From: Octopus vulgaris
Lineage: Eukaryota
NCBI GenBank assembly: GCA_951406725.2
Contig: OX597839.1
Coordinates: 24,614,001 to 24,678,000 of the forward strand
Reading direction: 5' to 3'
Length of the DNA: 64,000 nt
Shown in pieces: positions 62,949 through 64,000 of this stretch. Position numbers and translations under genes: made by a program. Within the stretch, counting starts at the first letter, position 1, and each line of letters opens with the position of its first letter. Under the pieces are notes generated by a model. The model saw only the letters and a program-made list of their open reading frames with translations, made no database searches and had not been told where the DNA came from.

Positions 62949-64000
62949 TATATATATGAGCAGAGGTGGAGTGTGGGGTGGAGGAGGAAGAGCAGACTGG
63001 ACGAGGTAGCAAAAGAAGGCACAGACACCAATTGTGAAGGCAGAAGGAAAAGAAATCCACCAGATGTGAGCAAATGTTGAGAAAATAAATTGTTTCAATA
63101 ATGTCAGATAATTAGTTGAATATAAGGAGTGAAATATGGTAAGGAAATGGTCAAAGGAATATTCCATTATTGGCTGCGTCGATGGTGCTTGAAATGGATT
63201 ACTGTTCTATACAGATCCATCGATTCCACTTGACTTCATTCTGTGATTCTCCAAAATGTCTTCATCTAAGAATGCAAACGATGTTGATGAATGACAATGA
63301 ATTATCGAACGATTACAATAACCGACGATTACAATAACCAACGATTACAACAACCAACACTGTGTCAACGTAGAGGAACAGAATCGCATGAATGAGATGG
63401 TGTGGTCACATATAGTGACATCTCTCGGAGTGGCAGAGACTTGGAGATAATAATTCTTATCACAAAAGGCAGAGACAAGACAATGGATCCAAACCAATTC
63501 AGAAAATGTAGTTATCAGAAATATAATTATCAGAAATAGCTTTATCCTGATCGGGTTCAAATGAGAGTTAGTTTAACAGAATGGTTCTATATAATTGACT
63601 GATGCCAGGGAGATCTTTTATCACAATTAATAGCAGTTTTGTACGATCTAACAGCCGTTTAGATTTGAAGAAATAATATGAAACAGAGAGGACGGGATTT
63701 GTGACGTAGAATTTCGTATTCTGTCGCTCGAAGGTAAGAAGAACATAGAATGGAGTGAGTTCAGAAGACTACATGTGATATGCAAAGAATGGCAACGCTA
63801 TTGCTCGAGGCATTTGGTAAACGCCTGTCTTGGAAGCGAACAATGAAAGCCAAACCATTTAAATGTGTAACGTTGACAATGAAAGTTATGCCAGTTACTT
63901 AATTGGTCTTGTTGTTTGTGACTGTTTACGCTGTGAGCCATTCCAAGAATATATAGTGACGCTAAATTTCTGATTTCCTATCAGTACATCGGTGATTCAA

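Noticed and set aside
62955-64000. Unique-looking terminal segment as coding sequence
   Set aside because: No ORF with recognisable homology; only a short 15-bp triple repeat (ACGATTACAATAACC).

Overview
Eukaryotic, AT-rich, gene-poor DNA dominated by microsatellites ((TA)n, (CA)n, (TAA)n, (CTAT)n, (ACC)n) and nested transposable elements. The repeat repertoire resembles a coleoid cephalopod (Octopus-like) intron or intergenic region; this is an inference from recalled families. I found no convincing host gene, and nearly all ORFs in the track are translations of simple repeats or SINEs. Recognisable content: a young 5'-truncated RTE-clade LINE with an open RT frame and 9-bp TSD (49740-51604), other RTE/BovB-like and Dong/R4 fragments, three to four tRNA-headed SINE families, mariner remnants, a piggyBac-type MITE and its tandem array, two non-autonomous Helitrons and several fold-backs. 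Most notable: (1) short non-coding cassettes in (TA)n tracts carrying minimal type-I hammerhead ribozyme motifs, Penelope-like, one with a perfect ~130-bp inverted repeat; (2) a SINE copy with strand-biased T>C hypermutation resembling fixed adenosine deamination; (3) a non-coding retroposon whose 5' end fits an HDV-like ribozyme fold; (4) a probable 5' transduction; (5) a 42-bp minisatellite derived from a LINE end. All calls and counts are from reading by eye and boundaries are approximate.
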